The notes below the pieces were generated by a model. It worked only from the letters and a program-made list of their open reading frames with translations. It ran no database searches and had not been told where the DNA came from. Below are positions 40,126-54,769 of a stretch of 64,000 nucleotides of DNA, piece by piece. Source of the DNA: Octopus sinensis (taxonomy: Eukaryota); NCBI RefSeq assembly GCF_006345805.1, contig NC_043007.1, forward strand, positions 41,478,001 to 41,542,000, read 5' to 3'. Every line of letters starts with the position of its first letter. Position 1 is the first letter of the stretch. Made by a program: the position numbers and the translations under genes.

Positions 40126-40190
40126 AAGATAAAGTCTAGTAAGATAAAGTCTAGTAAGATAAAGTCTAGAAAGATAAAGTCTGGTAAGAC
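40126..40190. repeat. 15-bp tandem repeat x4.3
   Basis: aagataaagtctagt at 40126, 40141, 40156 and 40171. Confidence 0.9.
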
Positions 40191-41068
40191 TTATCTAGAG
40201 TAGAAGTGCTGAGATTCTAATAGCTGGAGGGGAAGATTTTCTACACTAGAAGGAGCTACGTAATGCAAGTTAGTAGCTGTACCAGGATATATAGTCCAAT
40301 AGACAAATCCATTATAAGGAAATTGAGTCAGTCATAATTTAAAGCCTGTTCTATAAGAGTCGTCCACATGTATGAATGTATGTATGTATGTATGTATGTA
40401 TGTATGTATGTATGTATGTAGTATGTATGTATGTATGTGTACATGTATGTGTGTATGTATGTATACATACATGTATGCATGCATGCATGTATGCCTGTAT
40501 GCATGTGTGTATGTATACATACACACACATATATATACATGTATCTGTGTGTGTGTGTGTGTGTTTATATATTTATTAACATGGAAGATTTGAAAACAGG
40601 ACAGCAAATTTGCTAAACTCAACAACGAACTGTACTTCCTTGTGGTACTTGTACTTATTTACAGTTAAGTTCTCTAGAAATTTGAGAATGAAAGAGATGT
40701 TGTCAAGGACACTATACAGTAAACCTTTAAACAATAAATCATGCAGATATGAGCAACCTGTCTGTTGTAGATGAAATTTTTACCCACATTCATAGTTGAA
40801 ATCATTCAGTGGTAGTTTGTAAAATCCCATATGAAAATAAATGGATTTTGCCATAAGACCAAAAGTAGTATTATAAGCTGCATACTTATGGATTTATAAA
40901 AGTAAAGATTCATTAGTATTCTTAGCATAGATGAGCCACCACAGCTTTTTATGTACTGGCAAATTGTCCCTGGTACAACAAAAGGTATTTTACCTTTACA
41001 ATGTTGAATTAAAGGTGAGTGCAAGTTTAAAAATATCAACAGAATACTTACTAATGAGGTGACATACT

Positions 41069-41372
41069 TGTTTGTTCCTTCTTGAGCCACGCCTGGCTCT
41101 TAAGGGCCAGTTTCCTGATTTCCTTGGCATATAGGTTCCCCACCTGGACAGGATGCCAATTTGTCGCAGGTGAGCTGCAAGATGCAGGAGGAAAAAGTGA
41201 GAGAAAGTTGTGGCAAAAGAGTCAGCAGAAGTTCGCCATTACCTTCTGCCAGAGCCGCGTAAAGCTTAGGTGTTTCACTCATAAACACACGCATCGCCCG
41301 GTCTGAGATTCGAACCTACGATCCCTCGACCATGAGTCCACTGCTCTAACCACTAGGCCATGTGCCTCCACT
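41069..41372 (-). mobile_element. tRNA-derived SINE with 11-bp TSD
   Basis: Head tggaggcacatggcctagtggttagagc...ggttcgaatc (B box); TSD ggtgacatact at 41058-41068 and 41373-41383. Confidence 0.88.
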
Positions 41373-43290
41373 GGTGACATACTACTGAGTGTAGAAACAA
41401 TCATATTGTAAATTTCAAGTTTACTAGGATTCTACAATTGAGCAAATACCAATTATCTGTTTCTAAGTGAAGATTGCTCATGTTTTGAATTCTTTAGTGG
41501 ATTTTATAATTCTAAGGTGTCTCAGTCGATGACTTCTGCAGCCAATCACAACTAAATCTTTTAAGATTTTATTCAGTTTCTCAATAGAAAAAATGTGTCC
41601 TAATTTTTACCTTCCATTCTATTTAAACATGTGTTTCGATATTTCTGTTTTCTTCTTTCGTGGCAAGAGATTATTTAGAATTAACTATAGCTTATTGAAT
41701 GTCTGTCAACAGACATGATGACACAAACAGCAAATGTTTAGTATAAACATTCTCTCTGCTTAAGTATATATGAATATGGCTGTATGCGTGTATGTGCATA
41801 TATTTGTGTCTGTGTGCATGTATGTATGTATACATTTACACACAGATATATATATGCATGTACGTACACAAACACACCCACAAACACATATATAATATGT
41901 GTTTGTATTTAAATTCTTATAAATGTATACATAATGATGAATATACATGTGGATGAGCGTATGTATATAATATATATGTAAATATATAGTGCACATTAAA
42001 TCACTGATGAATGTGTGTTACAATTTCACACATCTTAACCTAATAAACTCTTAACCTAATAAACCTTTGTCACATTCTGCAGTTGATTTCATTACCTTAT
42101 CTGACCTCCAACCTCTATTAACCAACTGGTATCAGAAGGTGTCGTCTACCATCAAGACTTTAGCCTTCCTTGCACCCCACTTTGTGGAAGCTGACCTCTC
42201 CAATATGGACATCAGCTGACCATTTAGCATAGGAAGCTGATGTCTCTATTGAAATGGGCTTCGCCCTTTTTTTGGGTTGGACAGTTGCTTGTAAGGTAGA
42301 CTTTGCTTTGTACAGTTTGCCTTACAATCAACTATGGACAGGAGTCAAGCCATTGTCGGACAAGAGACAAGTGAGTGTTGTTAATAATTCGGAAGAAATT
42401 GAGAGGGATAAATCAGAGGAAGGTGAACAAGAATATCTTAATGGCTTACCTTCACCTCTCTGGCTTTGTCATTTTATATGTCTGTTCGTCTGTCTCAATG
42501 TTTGTCAGTAATCCTGCTAATCTTCTATGATACTTGGTGCTTCCCTTTTTAAACTCTCAAAATCTTAACCCTCTCAAACCCTCTTTTCTCCTCTTTTTTT
42601 TTTCACCAAACTCAACAAAAAAAGGTATGGTTTACCTTTTTTTTTGAGGGGTTAATGGTGCTGTGGAACCCTACCATTCATCTCTACTGAAATAGTCCAT
42701 GGTATAGTTGCACTATTTAATCAAAATATCTCGCAACTGTGACCAGATATCAGTTGAACAGCAATAATTGATCAGTAATTGCTAGCCATGACCAAACTGA
42801 CATTTCTTATTGTGAGGAAATGTTGGACTATACTTTCAGAGTGAGAAGATGTGATTTATATGTTAATGATAGAGAGTTAGTTAAGGAGAATTATCTACTA
42901 CATCAAGTAAAACCAAGTAACAGCATAAAAGGGCTGTGTCATCTCACTTGTGTCATAACCCAGTTTGAAGGTGGCAGGGTTAGTTAAATTGATGGTCTTT
43001 ATTGACCGACAATGAGCTTTTTTATTCTGCTTCAATAGATTGCTGTTGCTATGGCTGTATCACTTAAACACGCATATATCCGCATGTATGCTCTCACTTG
43101 TATATACATATATCTACACACATGCACACTCACATACACACATATATAGATGCACCAAATAGATACACACACACAAATATCATATATACATATATATATA
43201 ATTAAATAAGGGTAGAAATTGATATTAATCAATTTAAACCAGTAGCTTAGCATATTTTAAAAAAATCCAACGATTTATAATTGTTTTACA

Positions 43291-43504
43291 TACAAAATTT
43301 GGAAGACTGACCACTAATAGTGGACAGCTTATATGCTAAACATAGATGTCAAATCACCATTACCACAAAGAATGGGTTCTCAAGAAAAATCTCAGCAAAA
43401 AGAGATTTTTCTTGAGAACACATTCTTCGTGGTAATGGCGATTTGACATCTATGTTTAGCATATAGGCTGTCCACTTTCAGTGGTCGGTCCTCTAAATTT
43501 TGTA
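43291..43504. repeat. ~214-bp palindromic element (about 103-bp arms, 8-nt loop)
   Basis: tacaaaattt...gaaaaatctc agcaaaaa gagatttttc...aaattttgta; 9 mismatches by eye; TA at both ends and (TA)n on the right. Confidence 0.9.
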
Positions 43505-44344
43505 TAATTATATATATATATATATATATATGCACATAACCAAGTAGATGCACATATGCACATCACCAAATAGATGCACACACACATATAAATACATGTG
43601 TAGCCATAACAAATATTTGCTGCCTGTGTTATATCCATGCTTATGCTTTTTTATATTGACACTTGCTCACTGGTCAGTTCAGCTTTTAGAAATAGATAAA
43701 CTTTGACCTGGAGTCTCCTTTGTTCTTTCATTGAGTTCTTATGTTCTATTTTACACCATTTCTTTTACACCATTTCTTATTTGAGGATTGTTTTTGCAAT
43801 TTTTGTTTAAAACTCTCTATGTAGCCATGGGTGGTGTTAATTGTAATATATGTGCAATGATATGTGCATGACATGGTGTGTGTGTGCGTATGGCATACTG
43901 TGATATGTATGTGTAAGGCAAGCTGTGTTGTGATGTGGTATGTGTGTGCATGGGTGTGTGTGTGTGTATGTGTGCATGTGTTTATGTATGTCTGTGTATG
44001 TGTGAAGGGTCATGATATACAAGAATGGACATGATTATCTTTCAGGTTGTGGTGTGTTGTGACATGATTGTTGTCATGTGTTTATGCAATGTTGTTGGGT
44101 CAAGGTTACAGTGTGATCAGTGATGTCTGTTGTGATGTTACGTGATTGCAACATGTATAGTGGATATCGTGTGGGTCACACTATGTGTGCGTGTAGATGT
44201 TTTGTCATGATGTGTCAGCTGTGGTGTGTAATAATGTAGTGTAGGTGACAGTATATGTATATGTGTACATAATGATGATGTGGTCTCCCTGTGAAACAAT
44301 GTTTGATAGAATGAAATTTGTGTATGTCCATATTTGTGTATGAA

Positions 44345-44575
44345 GGCGGCGAGTTGGCAGAAACGTTAGCATGCCGGGCGAAATGCGTAGCCGTATTTCG
44401 TCCGCTGTTATGTTCTGAGTTCAAATTCCGCCGTGGTCGACTTTGCCTTTCATCCTTTCGGGGTTGATAAATTAAGTACCAGTTACGCACTGGGGTTGAT
44501 GTAATCGACTTAATCCGTTTGTCTGTCCTTGTTTCTCCCCTCTGTGTTTAGCCCATTGTGGGTAGTAAATAGAAA
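44345..44575 (+). mobile_element. SINE family B
   Basis: Near-consensus copy, CpGs retained. Confidence 0.9.
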
Positions 44576-45479
44576 TATGTGTATGTCCATATCATGAAGC
44601 TCTGAGTGTGCGTGTGTATTTGGGGGTATATGGTTTTGTATGTATGAATATATGTATGAATGTATGTATGTATGTATGTATGTATGTGTGTGTGTGTGTA
44701 TGTATGTGCATATATGTATGTATATACATTAAATTAATAATTACATATATGTGAATATAATTATATTAAGGGAGCAGGGCGAAAAATGACCTATCTCCTA
44801 CATGCTTGAAAATGCCAAGGCACTCAGATATTACCAAAGAACTCCAAAATAGCATTTCCTGTGGAGCTATTTTGATAATAAACATGTGGTTGTCAGGAAA
44901 AAGTATAAATCTGACTTATCATTGATGTATACATGCAAATATTTGTATGTAGACATGCGAATCAGCTTTCTACGGGTATATATAATTATTTGTATCTATA
45001 TTTCTTGTGTATCGTGTTGTTGAACGGAAAAAGCCTGTCTCATGGCTTTAATCCAGAAATTGCACCCAATTCACAATTAACAGGAAGTCTTTTTAATATT
45101 CTTCATTCACCCAACTACAACCTGTGTATATTTTGGAGTTTTGCAGTAGTATCTGAGTGTCTCAGCATTTTCAAGCTTGTAGGAGATAGGTCCTTTTTCA
45201 CCCTACTCCCTTGATATATATGTGTATGTATATATATGTGTGTATATGTGTGTTTATATAAATATATATATATATATATAGATTGATAGATATGTGTGTG
45301 TATAAGTATATATGTATATGTGTGTATATATATATATATAAATGCATGTATATATGCGTATATATGTATGTATTTATGTGTATATATATGTATGTGTGTG
45401 TTTTAATATTTGCTTTGTTCAGTTATAATAAAAACAATTCTACATTAATTTCATGGGTTACTCTATGCTTTTGTAAAGT

Positions 45480-45872
45480 ACATATTTATTGTTGCTAAAC
45501 GAGATTATCGACAGGGACTTCGAAGTTTTGCCAACTAAGCCACACACACACACAGACATACGTATAGGCACATGTGAAAGGGTTCGTTTCGTTTTAGTTT
45601 GTGTTGAGACATCCAAAGTTACTTGTTGTGTGTACTTGTGTATAGCTGTACAGGTGGGTAGAAAGGTACGTGATTGTGTAGTGCTTTTGATGTCACTCAC
45701 ATTAATCAATAGTGTGTCAAAGATTCTCATGAAACACTGATAGAAGTAAAAGAAATTTCCATATATTGATCTCAATTATTTACAGCTGTCACTTTACAGA
45801 CACCCGTGTACGCAAAACCCACTTTCTTTTTCTTACATTTTCTCTCTTTATTTCTTTTACAAATAGTTTCTC

Positions 45873-45934
<62 letters not shown>

Positions 45935-46740
45935 CAGATTTCATGCATATAACCATCCACAGGCAAAGCCCAATGTCCCCACGCGTACTCAAAAGCATTT
46001 GAAAATGATTACGCTTAACAGTTCTAAGGGAGATAACTTTTGTTAACACTCTGCACTTAATCCACTCCAGAGTTACGACTCTTCAATAAGCACTAGTTAC
46101 AGTTTGTGTGCGTTTGTGCAGGGAATTATAACTATTCACTAATACTCTACTTAAGTTAAAAAGATATTAATACATAGCATATATTACATAAAAATGACTA
46201 ACAAAGATGAACAGAACAAAGTATCCCTGCTTTAAATATTAAAAATGTTTGCGTCTGGAACAGCTATTTATATGTATATTTGTTTTATTACATATATATA
46301 TATATTGCAGGTGCCTGTCAGTAAATACTTACTCAGGGTAGACAATAGGTACTAATAAAGTAAATTGTCAACAAAAACCCCTGTATGTAAACACCCATGA
46401 GCAGTATAATAGCGTTCATTCGCTTTATGTCCGTTATTCCATGTTAGCATGGGTTAGAAAAACATTATTGAGGCCTTGTTTTACTCCTGGAAGCCCCTCT
46501 TCTTGCTAACCCTTATCTGTTTCTCAAATAAGGAATCTTGTATTTCAGACGCCTTCGAAAGCACGAAGCAAGCAACTTGTTGAAAGGAGAAGTGATGTTA
46601 AAAGAGTTAAGTTTCATTCATGCAAATGTCAACGGGAGTGGGGTTTTATCATAATTTTCACTCACCATGCAAACTAGAACAGCAGTGGAATAGTTTTCAT
46701 ACATCTTAATGAGTCCAGAAATGAATGCTATTTTAGCTCT
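45480..46740. promoter_or_regulatory. CpG-retaining, largely transposon-free segment; candidate promoter/first-exon region
   Basis: Many CpGs in unique sequence against a CpG-depleted background; + donor AAAG|gtacgt at 45666 and - donor ATG|gtgagt at 46665. Confidence 0.35.
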
Positions 46741-46763
46741 AAGAATCAATAGAAACACTTTAT

Positions 46764-46820
<57 letters not shown>

Positions 46821-46929
46821 ATATGTTCAAAGGGGATTGAGGATGCTTTTGCTTGTCCTTATTCACTGTCACAAATATTTTCAGATCATTTTTCTTTACT
46901 TACTAGCTCCTGCCCTTTATCTCTCATCT

Positions 46930-46966
<37 letters not shown>

Positions 46967-49900
46967 ACCCTCTTCTATTGTTTTAGCTGCCTAGTTACAA
47001 TGTTTATCAAACCCACACAGAGGTATACACACTGCCTATTTAATATATGATTATTGCATAAGTTTTGAAGCTCAAGAAAAGACAAGCTAAAAAGTTATAT
47101 ATCACATAGTACCTGGGTTGGATTCAAATGATAACAGAAGTTTGATTTTTGGTTAGCAAAGAAATCTCTAATCTTGGCCTAATTTTCATTATTAACATTT
47201 CTGTTCACATGTATTATGATAGTGGTGGTGGTGGTGGTTTGTTATTATGTTAAGTAACAATTTGTCTGTTGGTGACTGAAAGAATTAGACAGATAGTTTG
47301 AAATTAAAATTTTGGTAATTAGTGACTACTATAGAAGTAAATTAAAATAAATTTCATTTAATTATTTTCAAAATGATTAATTTAATTTAATTTTTAAGGC
47401 ATTTTTTGTATTTCTCTTTCTAAATTTTGTTTTACTGTTAATGACTTGATGACAACACTTTATCTCCAAATTCTTGGATTATTTTCTATCTTATATTTGA
47501 TAAGGGGAATCTTTCCCGAAATATAACAGAAGTACTAAACCACCTATGTAGTGATACACTATGTTGTCTTTGTTGGTATTTATTGACATCACCTTACAAA
47601 TTTTACCTAACTTCTCACTTGCATTGCTTAAAGGTCTTAAAAAATATAAATTTCAAATAAAACAACGATATTAACATTTAATATTATTTAAATATACCTA
47701 CAATATTAATTTTTTTGTATTACTTTTGCTATGATTTCTTTTTAAGGGTTGGCAGAATAATTAGTGCAACAAACACAACGCTTTGCATATTTAGTTATGT
47801 CCTGTTCTGAGTTCAAATCATGTGTGAGTTAAATTCACTTACCACTCTTCCAGAATCAATATACGTAGCCAAAATATACAGGGAATTCATTTAATTGATG
47901 GTACCCACCCTCAAAATTTATGGCTATGTTTCAATATTAGAATTCAATATCTTGAATTCAAGATCTAAAAATTGAAATAAATATAGCTAGTTTATATATT
48001 AATTTGCAAAATATTTTTACTTTCAATACACTTTTTAAAAAAATAATTATATTCAATTTTAACAATATTTCCTGATATGGAAATAATGAGCATTAATATT
48101 TTATATCGAGTAGCAGTTAAGGTTTGATAAGATGTATCTATTAACTGCATGATCTCTATCCCCAGTTGTAGCATTAATATTTCACTTCATTTAGTTATTC
48201 TTCCTCTCAGACACCGACGATGCTAGAATATTTATATCAATATTAATTTTAAGAAGAAAAAACTGAAAAGCAAAAAAAAAAAAAAGAAAAGAAAAGAAAA
48301 AGAAAAAAATAGTGTTAACATCAAAGCTTCCCTTCTGTGCCAAGTAGTGGTAAGATATAGAGCATATATTTGTTTTGTAGAAATTTTAATGCACCATTTT
48401 GAACCACTTTTCATTTCTAGTTTAGAAAATAGAATATCTCTATTATGGAAATAAGAGATTTTGTGTAGCACTTCAGACAGACACACACATGTCTGTATAC
48501 ATATAAATACACACATACACACTCACTCACATATGTATGTGTGTATGTATGTGCATGTATATGTATGCTTATACATACATATGCACACGTTTGTATATGC
48601 ACATACACACATAGACATATGTATACATATATGTACTCACACATACATATGAACATATACCTGCACATTATATATATATAAGCAATATTTGAATGTCAAA
48701 AGTGTGGAGATAGCTGAGTCAACTAAGACAGCTTCACCATGTTTACTTTCATCTCTACAATGTTCATTAAATAATTACAAATAATTAAGAGCGAATTAAT
48801 TGCCAAGATTTTCCACTTTAAAGTGTTAGTTGACATTATAAGCCTCAATCTGAGACAGGAAAGAGAAACAGACTCCACTCCCCACCCCAGCTCAGCCTAG
48901 ATTGAGAAAGATGTCCCAGCCATGACTACCCCACATTATATGTCAATATTGTCCAATGTATCCATTTTTTTAAGGTAGGATATATTTGAAGAGGGTATTT
49001 GGCTGCTATTTCTAGAGTCTTCCTTGTTGACTTGAACAACTAATACTATAACAGGAATATACCATTCAAATATAGAATGAAATTCCTTAGAAAATTGCCC
49101 TTGTACTGAAGACAGAGGTCAGTATTTAAATGTTAATTGAGAAAAGCCATTTCAGTTACGTTTTAGTAAATTTACATATTTATTTATTTGTATTCTGTCA
49201 ATAAAAATATTCGTTATGTAAATTTTTGATTGAAATAGTGTCTTCCGTGTGCTCCAGAATGGGAGGGGGTTGGTTAATGTTTTGTGTGTAAACCTTAAAA
49301 TCCTTGCTTCACTTTCTGTGAGATTTTGTTTCTGATGACAGTCCTTATTAAAATCTTGCTCAATAGTGTAGAATAAATGCTGTTTATTGATATTTTTTAT
49401 TTTTTATTATGAAACTTATTTCTTGTATCAATAAAATATTGATTTTCAAAAAAATTAAAAAGCAAAAATATTTAAACACTATGGTTGTGCAAATAATTTT
49501 TTTTTTTTCATTTTTATTTATTGATTGTATTTATTTATTTCTGTTAAATTATAGGAAGGGAATGTGTGGTTTGAGAAAATAAATGGCATCTTACATTGAT
49601 ACTGTTGTTGTTCTTGATCATCATTTTTAAGTTTGCTTCTGTACTGTCATGAGTTTGGAAAAGATGCTTATTGAAATATTATTTTACAACCAGATGCTTT
49701 TCCTGTCACCAAGTGTTGCTTGTTTTTCATGTTGGGGATTTTATTTATTCTATTTGTCTTCATTAGTCATTGAGCTACAGGACAAATTGTTTATAGGAGA
49801 CCTAACACCACTATTTTTCTCCTCAAACTGTGTCAAGCAAAGATGCATGGATACACACTTGCACCTATCTGCACCCTCAATTCCTAATTGAACTCAATGC

Positions 49901-50129
49901 TAACTTTTACCCTGTTGACAGCATCTCTGTATATGGTTCTTAAGCATTAGCAGAATAAGTAGAGCAACAAACAAAATGCTTTGTATATTCAGTTATATCA
50001 AATCATATGCAAACTGACTCCACTTTCCATTCTTCCAGAGATCAATACATAGCAGAAATTAATCTGTCTAGTTTTTGTTTTTTGTCTTTTTTTTTTTAAC
50101 AATCACCATAGCAACATATCCAATGTTTT

Positions 50130-50540
50130 TCCTAGAGCCAAAAATGTTTGATACAATTGTTCGTTCTTTGTTCAGAATTTTTCCTGTGGTTATTTCACAA
50201 GCTAAAATACATCAGTGGTTGCCCCATCTTAGCAGAAACCTAAACTGCATTTCATCTGAGTTAATTTTACTCCTAAATAACTGAGCTATAACTGTTATTT
50301 CCATATAATTTTACTTCATCTGCTTTATGTCTCTATAGTTCTTTCTTTCTAGTGCATTTTCTTTTTCCTTATAGCATTTGTTGACAATACTGCTAGTATT
50401 TCTTACTGAAGTTATTTCTTCAGCTACAGGATTGACTATGTGAATGACCAACACATGTCATACTTAGCTGGATATTTTCAGCATCTCTGCAACTATATCT
50501 GACATTCCAGCTGCCTTCATTACCTTCATTGTGTTAGTCC
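50130..50540 (-). mobile_element. RTE LINE reverse-transcriptase fragment, decayed
   Basis: KAAGMSDIVAEMLK...CYKEKENALERKNYRDIK...DEMQFRF, the RTE RT N-terminal motifs (compare KGDALERGNYRGIKL, DEMQFGF). Confidence 0.75.
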
Positions 50541-50689
50541 TTTTGTTACTGTATTTCTACTGAAATACACTGCATGTTTGAATCTGTTTTGAAAATAACA
50601 AAGAACTTATCAAACTAACATTCATTATTATGCTGATGTTTGAATCATGAATTAGCATGTAATTTTGATGAATAATTTTATCGAACAGG

Positions 50690-51157
50690 AAATTTGTGTC
50701 ATAGAATACAGGCATGGGTACATTGAAACTCTGACATCTGGCAGCTGACTTGGCAGACACCCATAAAATTATTAACCATCTTACTAACAATAACTCTGAG
50801 CACCTTTTCAAACTCCACCTGTCTAACACCTGTGGTCATGTTTACAAAGTCAGAAAACAGCACAGCCCCCATGACTTTCGGAAACATTTTTTCACACTAA
50901 GAGTTGCTGAAGTATGGAACATACTGCTGGCATCAGTTGTTAGTTGTCGGAGCACTGAATCCTTCAAAACTTCCATGCTTCCTGAGATTCGCCAACACTA
51001 CACCTGATTTTCTCCCCTCCATACACACGCAAGCATGTATCTGACTCATACACTGTTCACTTCCCAGACATTTGTACAATACTACATATACTTTATATGC
51101 ACTTTTGACGAGTTGTGGTGCACCTGAGCACTGTATACAATAATTTCATTATTATTA
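50690..51157 (+). mobile_element. CR1 LINE 3' end
   Basis: THKIINHLTNNNSEHLFKLHLSNTCGHVYKVRKQH..DFRKHFFTLRVAEVWN; ends in an (ATT)n tail. Confidence 0.88.
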
Positions 51158-51983
51158 GAATTCAGAGTCAATCCCAGGCAGATTTGTATCAAAAGGGTTA
51201 ATGACATTTCAACCATTTAGTGATTTCAGTAGCTGGTCTCTCTGTTGGATCTACTTGAGGAAGATTTTCACTCTCTCTCTCTCTCCATTGCATTCTCATT
51301 TAGTAACCTCCCACAGATTTTCTTTTTTTTTGCAACATCAGCGAGGGAAAGAGCATTTCTATCATAACATACCACTTCTCACCATCAATGCTCTTAACCT
51401 TTTTGTAACCATTATTTCTCTTGGAGTACACTGCCTTTGTTTCAAGTAATTTCGAAAACAATGAATTCAGTAAAATAACTTTGTAATTTTAAGCTGGTGT
51501 TTGAAACATAAATTAACATGAAAATTTGAAGGTAGGTTTCAATTTAAAACACCTCCACACAGGAAGTTTGTAGGACAAAACTAGGGACAGACATGTTTCC
51601 CCACAGAGGACAGAGAATGAACATCACTTCTATGACAGCGATACTTATTTACAACCATTATGTGATGTCAAGATAAGTATACACACACATTCATATATAT
51701 ATGCAGGACTGCTGATGTCAACCAAATTCTCTCACAAAAATTTATTTGGCCAGCACTACAGTAGAAGACACCTGCTTAACAGTCATGCTATCACACTATC
51801 TTACAAACCAAAAGACTTCAAGCTTCAAATTCTCACATTGAAGAATATCAGCATTGTTTCTTTCTTGCTAAATATAACTGACATCTTCCTACTCTTCTAA
51901 GTACCTTCTAATTTTCATTGATTCTAACTATTCCCGTAGTCTTTCCAAGATTGTCTCTTAGCTTCTGTGATTCTGTCTACTGT

Positions 51984-52747
51984 ACAAGAGGGTATCAAAA
52001 AGTTCCAGGACTAGTTATGTTTAATAAAAAATTTAGCTACTCTCTTTACATGTTTCAGTCATTTGACTGTAGCCATGATGGAGCACCGCCTTTAGTTGAG
52101 CACTTATTCTTTGTAAGCCTAGTACTTATTCTATCAGTCTCTTTTGCTGAGCTGCTAAGTTACGGGGACGTAAACACACCAGCGATGTTGGGAGGACAAA
52201 CACGCACATATATATATACATATATGCGGGCTTCTTTCAGTTTCCATCTACCAAATCCACTCACAAGTTTTTGGTCAGCCTGAGGCTATAGTAGAAGACA
52301 TTTGCCCAAGGTGCCATGCAGTGCGACTGAACCCGGAACCATGTGGTTGGTAAGCAAGCTACTTACCACACAGCCACTCCTGCACCTAAGTTTTAACATC
52401 ATCTCCTTCGAAATAGGCACCTTGTGCAGCAATGCACTAGTACCATCATTCCTGCCAGTGTTGGAATCTGGCCTGGAAGTAATTTTTCTGAGTTGAGGAC
52501 CTTCTGTGATTCACTCTGGATCTCAACAACAGTGTTAAATCAGTGACCTTTGACCTGCATTTCCATCTTGAGGAAGAGATAGAGGTCCACAGGTGCTAAA
52601 TCTGGTGAATAGCACAGGTGAAGAAGTGATAACATGCACACTGCCTCATGTTGGTCACTGCTAGCTCTCACTATGCACACAATCATGTGCTGCCACCTGT
52701 TGGTGCACTACAGAACTAGTCCAGGAACTTTTTGATATCACCTTATA
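51984..52747 (-). mobile_element. Mariner internal-deletion derivative carrying a SINE A insertion (52035-52385)
   Basis: Inverted ends tacaagagggtatcaaaaagttccaggactagtt / aactagtccaggaactttttgatatcaccttata; the minus strand has the C-terminus PDLAPVDLYLFLKM...CIAAQGAYFEGD. Confidence 0.8.
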
Positions 52748-52832
52748 TTATTCCACCATCAGCTAGCTTCTCTTTGGCTGGAATCTTCTTCCATCCACAG
52801 ATTTGTGACTCCTGTGAGGTTATCTCATAATA

Positions 52833-53240
52833 ATAATAATAATGAAATTATAGTATACAGTGCTCAGGTGCACCACAACTTGTCAAAAAGTGCGTATAAA
52901 GCATATGCAGTAATGTACAAATATCTGGAAAGTGAACAGTGTATGAGTCAGATACATGCTTGCGTGTGTATGGAGGGGAGAAAATCAGGTGTAGTGTTAG
53001 CGAATCTCAGGAAGCATGGAAGTTTTGAAGGATTCAGTGCTCCGACAACTAACAACTGATGCCGGCAGTTTGTTCCATACTTCAGCAACTCTTAGCATGA
53101 AAAAATGTTTCCGAAAGTCATGGGAGATGTGCTGTTTTCTGACTTTGTAAACATGTACACGGGTGTTAGACAGGTGGAGTTTGAAAAGGTGCTCAGAGTT
53201 ATTATTTGTAAGATGGTTAATAATTTTATGGGTGGTCATA
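52833..53240 (-). mobile_element. CR1 LINE 3' end, inverted relative to the 50690 copy
   Basis: ORF 52997..53239 is nearly identical to ORF 50750..51007; a third, internally deleted copy lies at about 54060-54275. Confidence 0.88.
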
Positions 53241-54769
53241 GAAACTCCTTTTTGTCTTCAATGTCATAGATTTCTTCCCCTCATTCTTCTTCATTTATGT
53301 ATTATCAGTACCAACAAATGATAATTTTAATGAAACAATCTAAGGTATGATCTCACTTTATAATCCAAAAATTTAAGTTCAAGTAAACAGTCCCCATGCT
53401 GGAACTAAGAGAAGAGCATGGAATACCTGGTAGAAAACAATAACATCTTTCCTGTTATCTTTTACTTATTTCAGTCATTAGACTGTGGCCATGCTGGGAC
53501 AGAGCCTTGAAGAATTTTTAATTGAATGAACCAACCCCAGTACTTTTTTTTTTTAGGCTGGTACTTATTCTATCGATCCCTTTTGCTGAACCACTAAGTT
53601 ACAGGGGACATAAACTCACCGGCACCGGTTCTCAAGCAGGGGTGGAGGACAAACACAGAGACACTCACACACATAAATAACAGGTTTTTTTCAGTTTCTT
53701 TCTACCAAATCCACTCACAAGGCTATAGTAGAAGACACTTTCCGAAGGTGTCACACAGTATGTTTGAACTAGGAACCATGTGGTTGGGAAACAAGCTTCT
53801 TACCACACAGCTGCAAACAATACATTCTGAATGATTCAAACATGAATATGCTGATCACTTTTTTTATGTGTGTGTGTGTGTGTCAATGGAGAGCAGCTCC
53901 TCCATTCACATTGATGGTTCTCAACTAGGGTCCATATAAGATTTTGCTGTTAAAATTTATGTGCAAATAAATTGGTCATACTTCTTCAATATAAAATGGA
54001 GCACCACCTTAAGGGGTTTTTAGTCAAAGAATCAACTCCAGGACTTATTCTTTAATATAATAATGAAATTATTGTATACAGTGCTCAGGTGCACCACAAC
54101 TTGTCAGAAAGTGCATATAAAGTACATGCAGTAATGTAAAAATGTCTGGAAAGCGAACAATGTATGAATCAGATACATGCCAGTGTGTGTATGGAGGGGA
54201 GAAAATCAGGTGTAGTGTTGGCAAATCTCAGAAAGCATGGAACAACTGATGCCGGCAGTTTGTTCCATGCAACTGTAAGCCTAGAACTCATTTTATTAGT
54301 CTCCTTTGCTGAACTGCTAGGTTAGAGAGATGTAAACACACTAACATCGGTTGTCAAGTAATGGAGGGGCAACAAACACACAGACAAAGACACACATACG
54401 ATGAGGTTCTTTCAGTTTCCATCTATCAAATCCACTCACAAGGCTTTGGTTGGCTCAAGGCTATAGTAGAAGACACTTGCTCAAAGTGCTACACAGCAGG
54501 ACTGAACCCAGAAACATGTGGTTGGGAAGCAAGCTTCTTACCACACACCCATACCTGGACATTGATACTGTTTTTTTTATATATATACATATACTATTCC
54601 TAATGATATTTAGTTATAAATATACAAAAGGACTTTTTTAAACATCAAATAGCAATGAGGGTCCACCCGAGTAAAATATGTATCGAAGGGATCTACAGGA
54701 AAAAAATGGTTGAGCATCACTGATTTAAATGATATGCATTCATAGCACACATGAATCATTGTCAGAACG

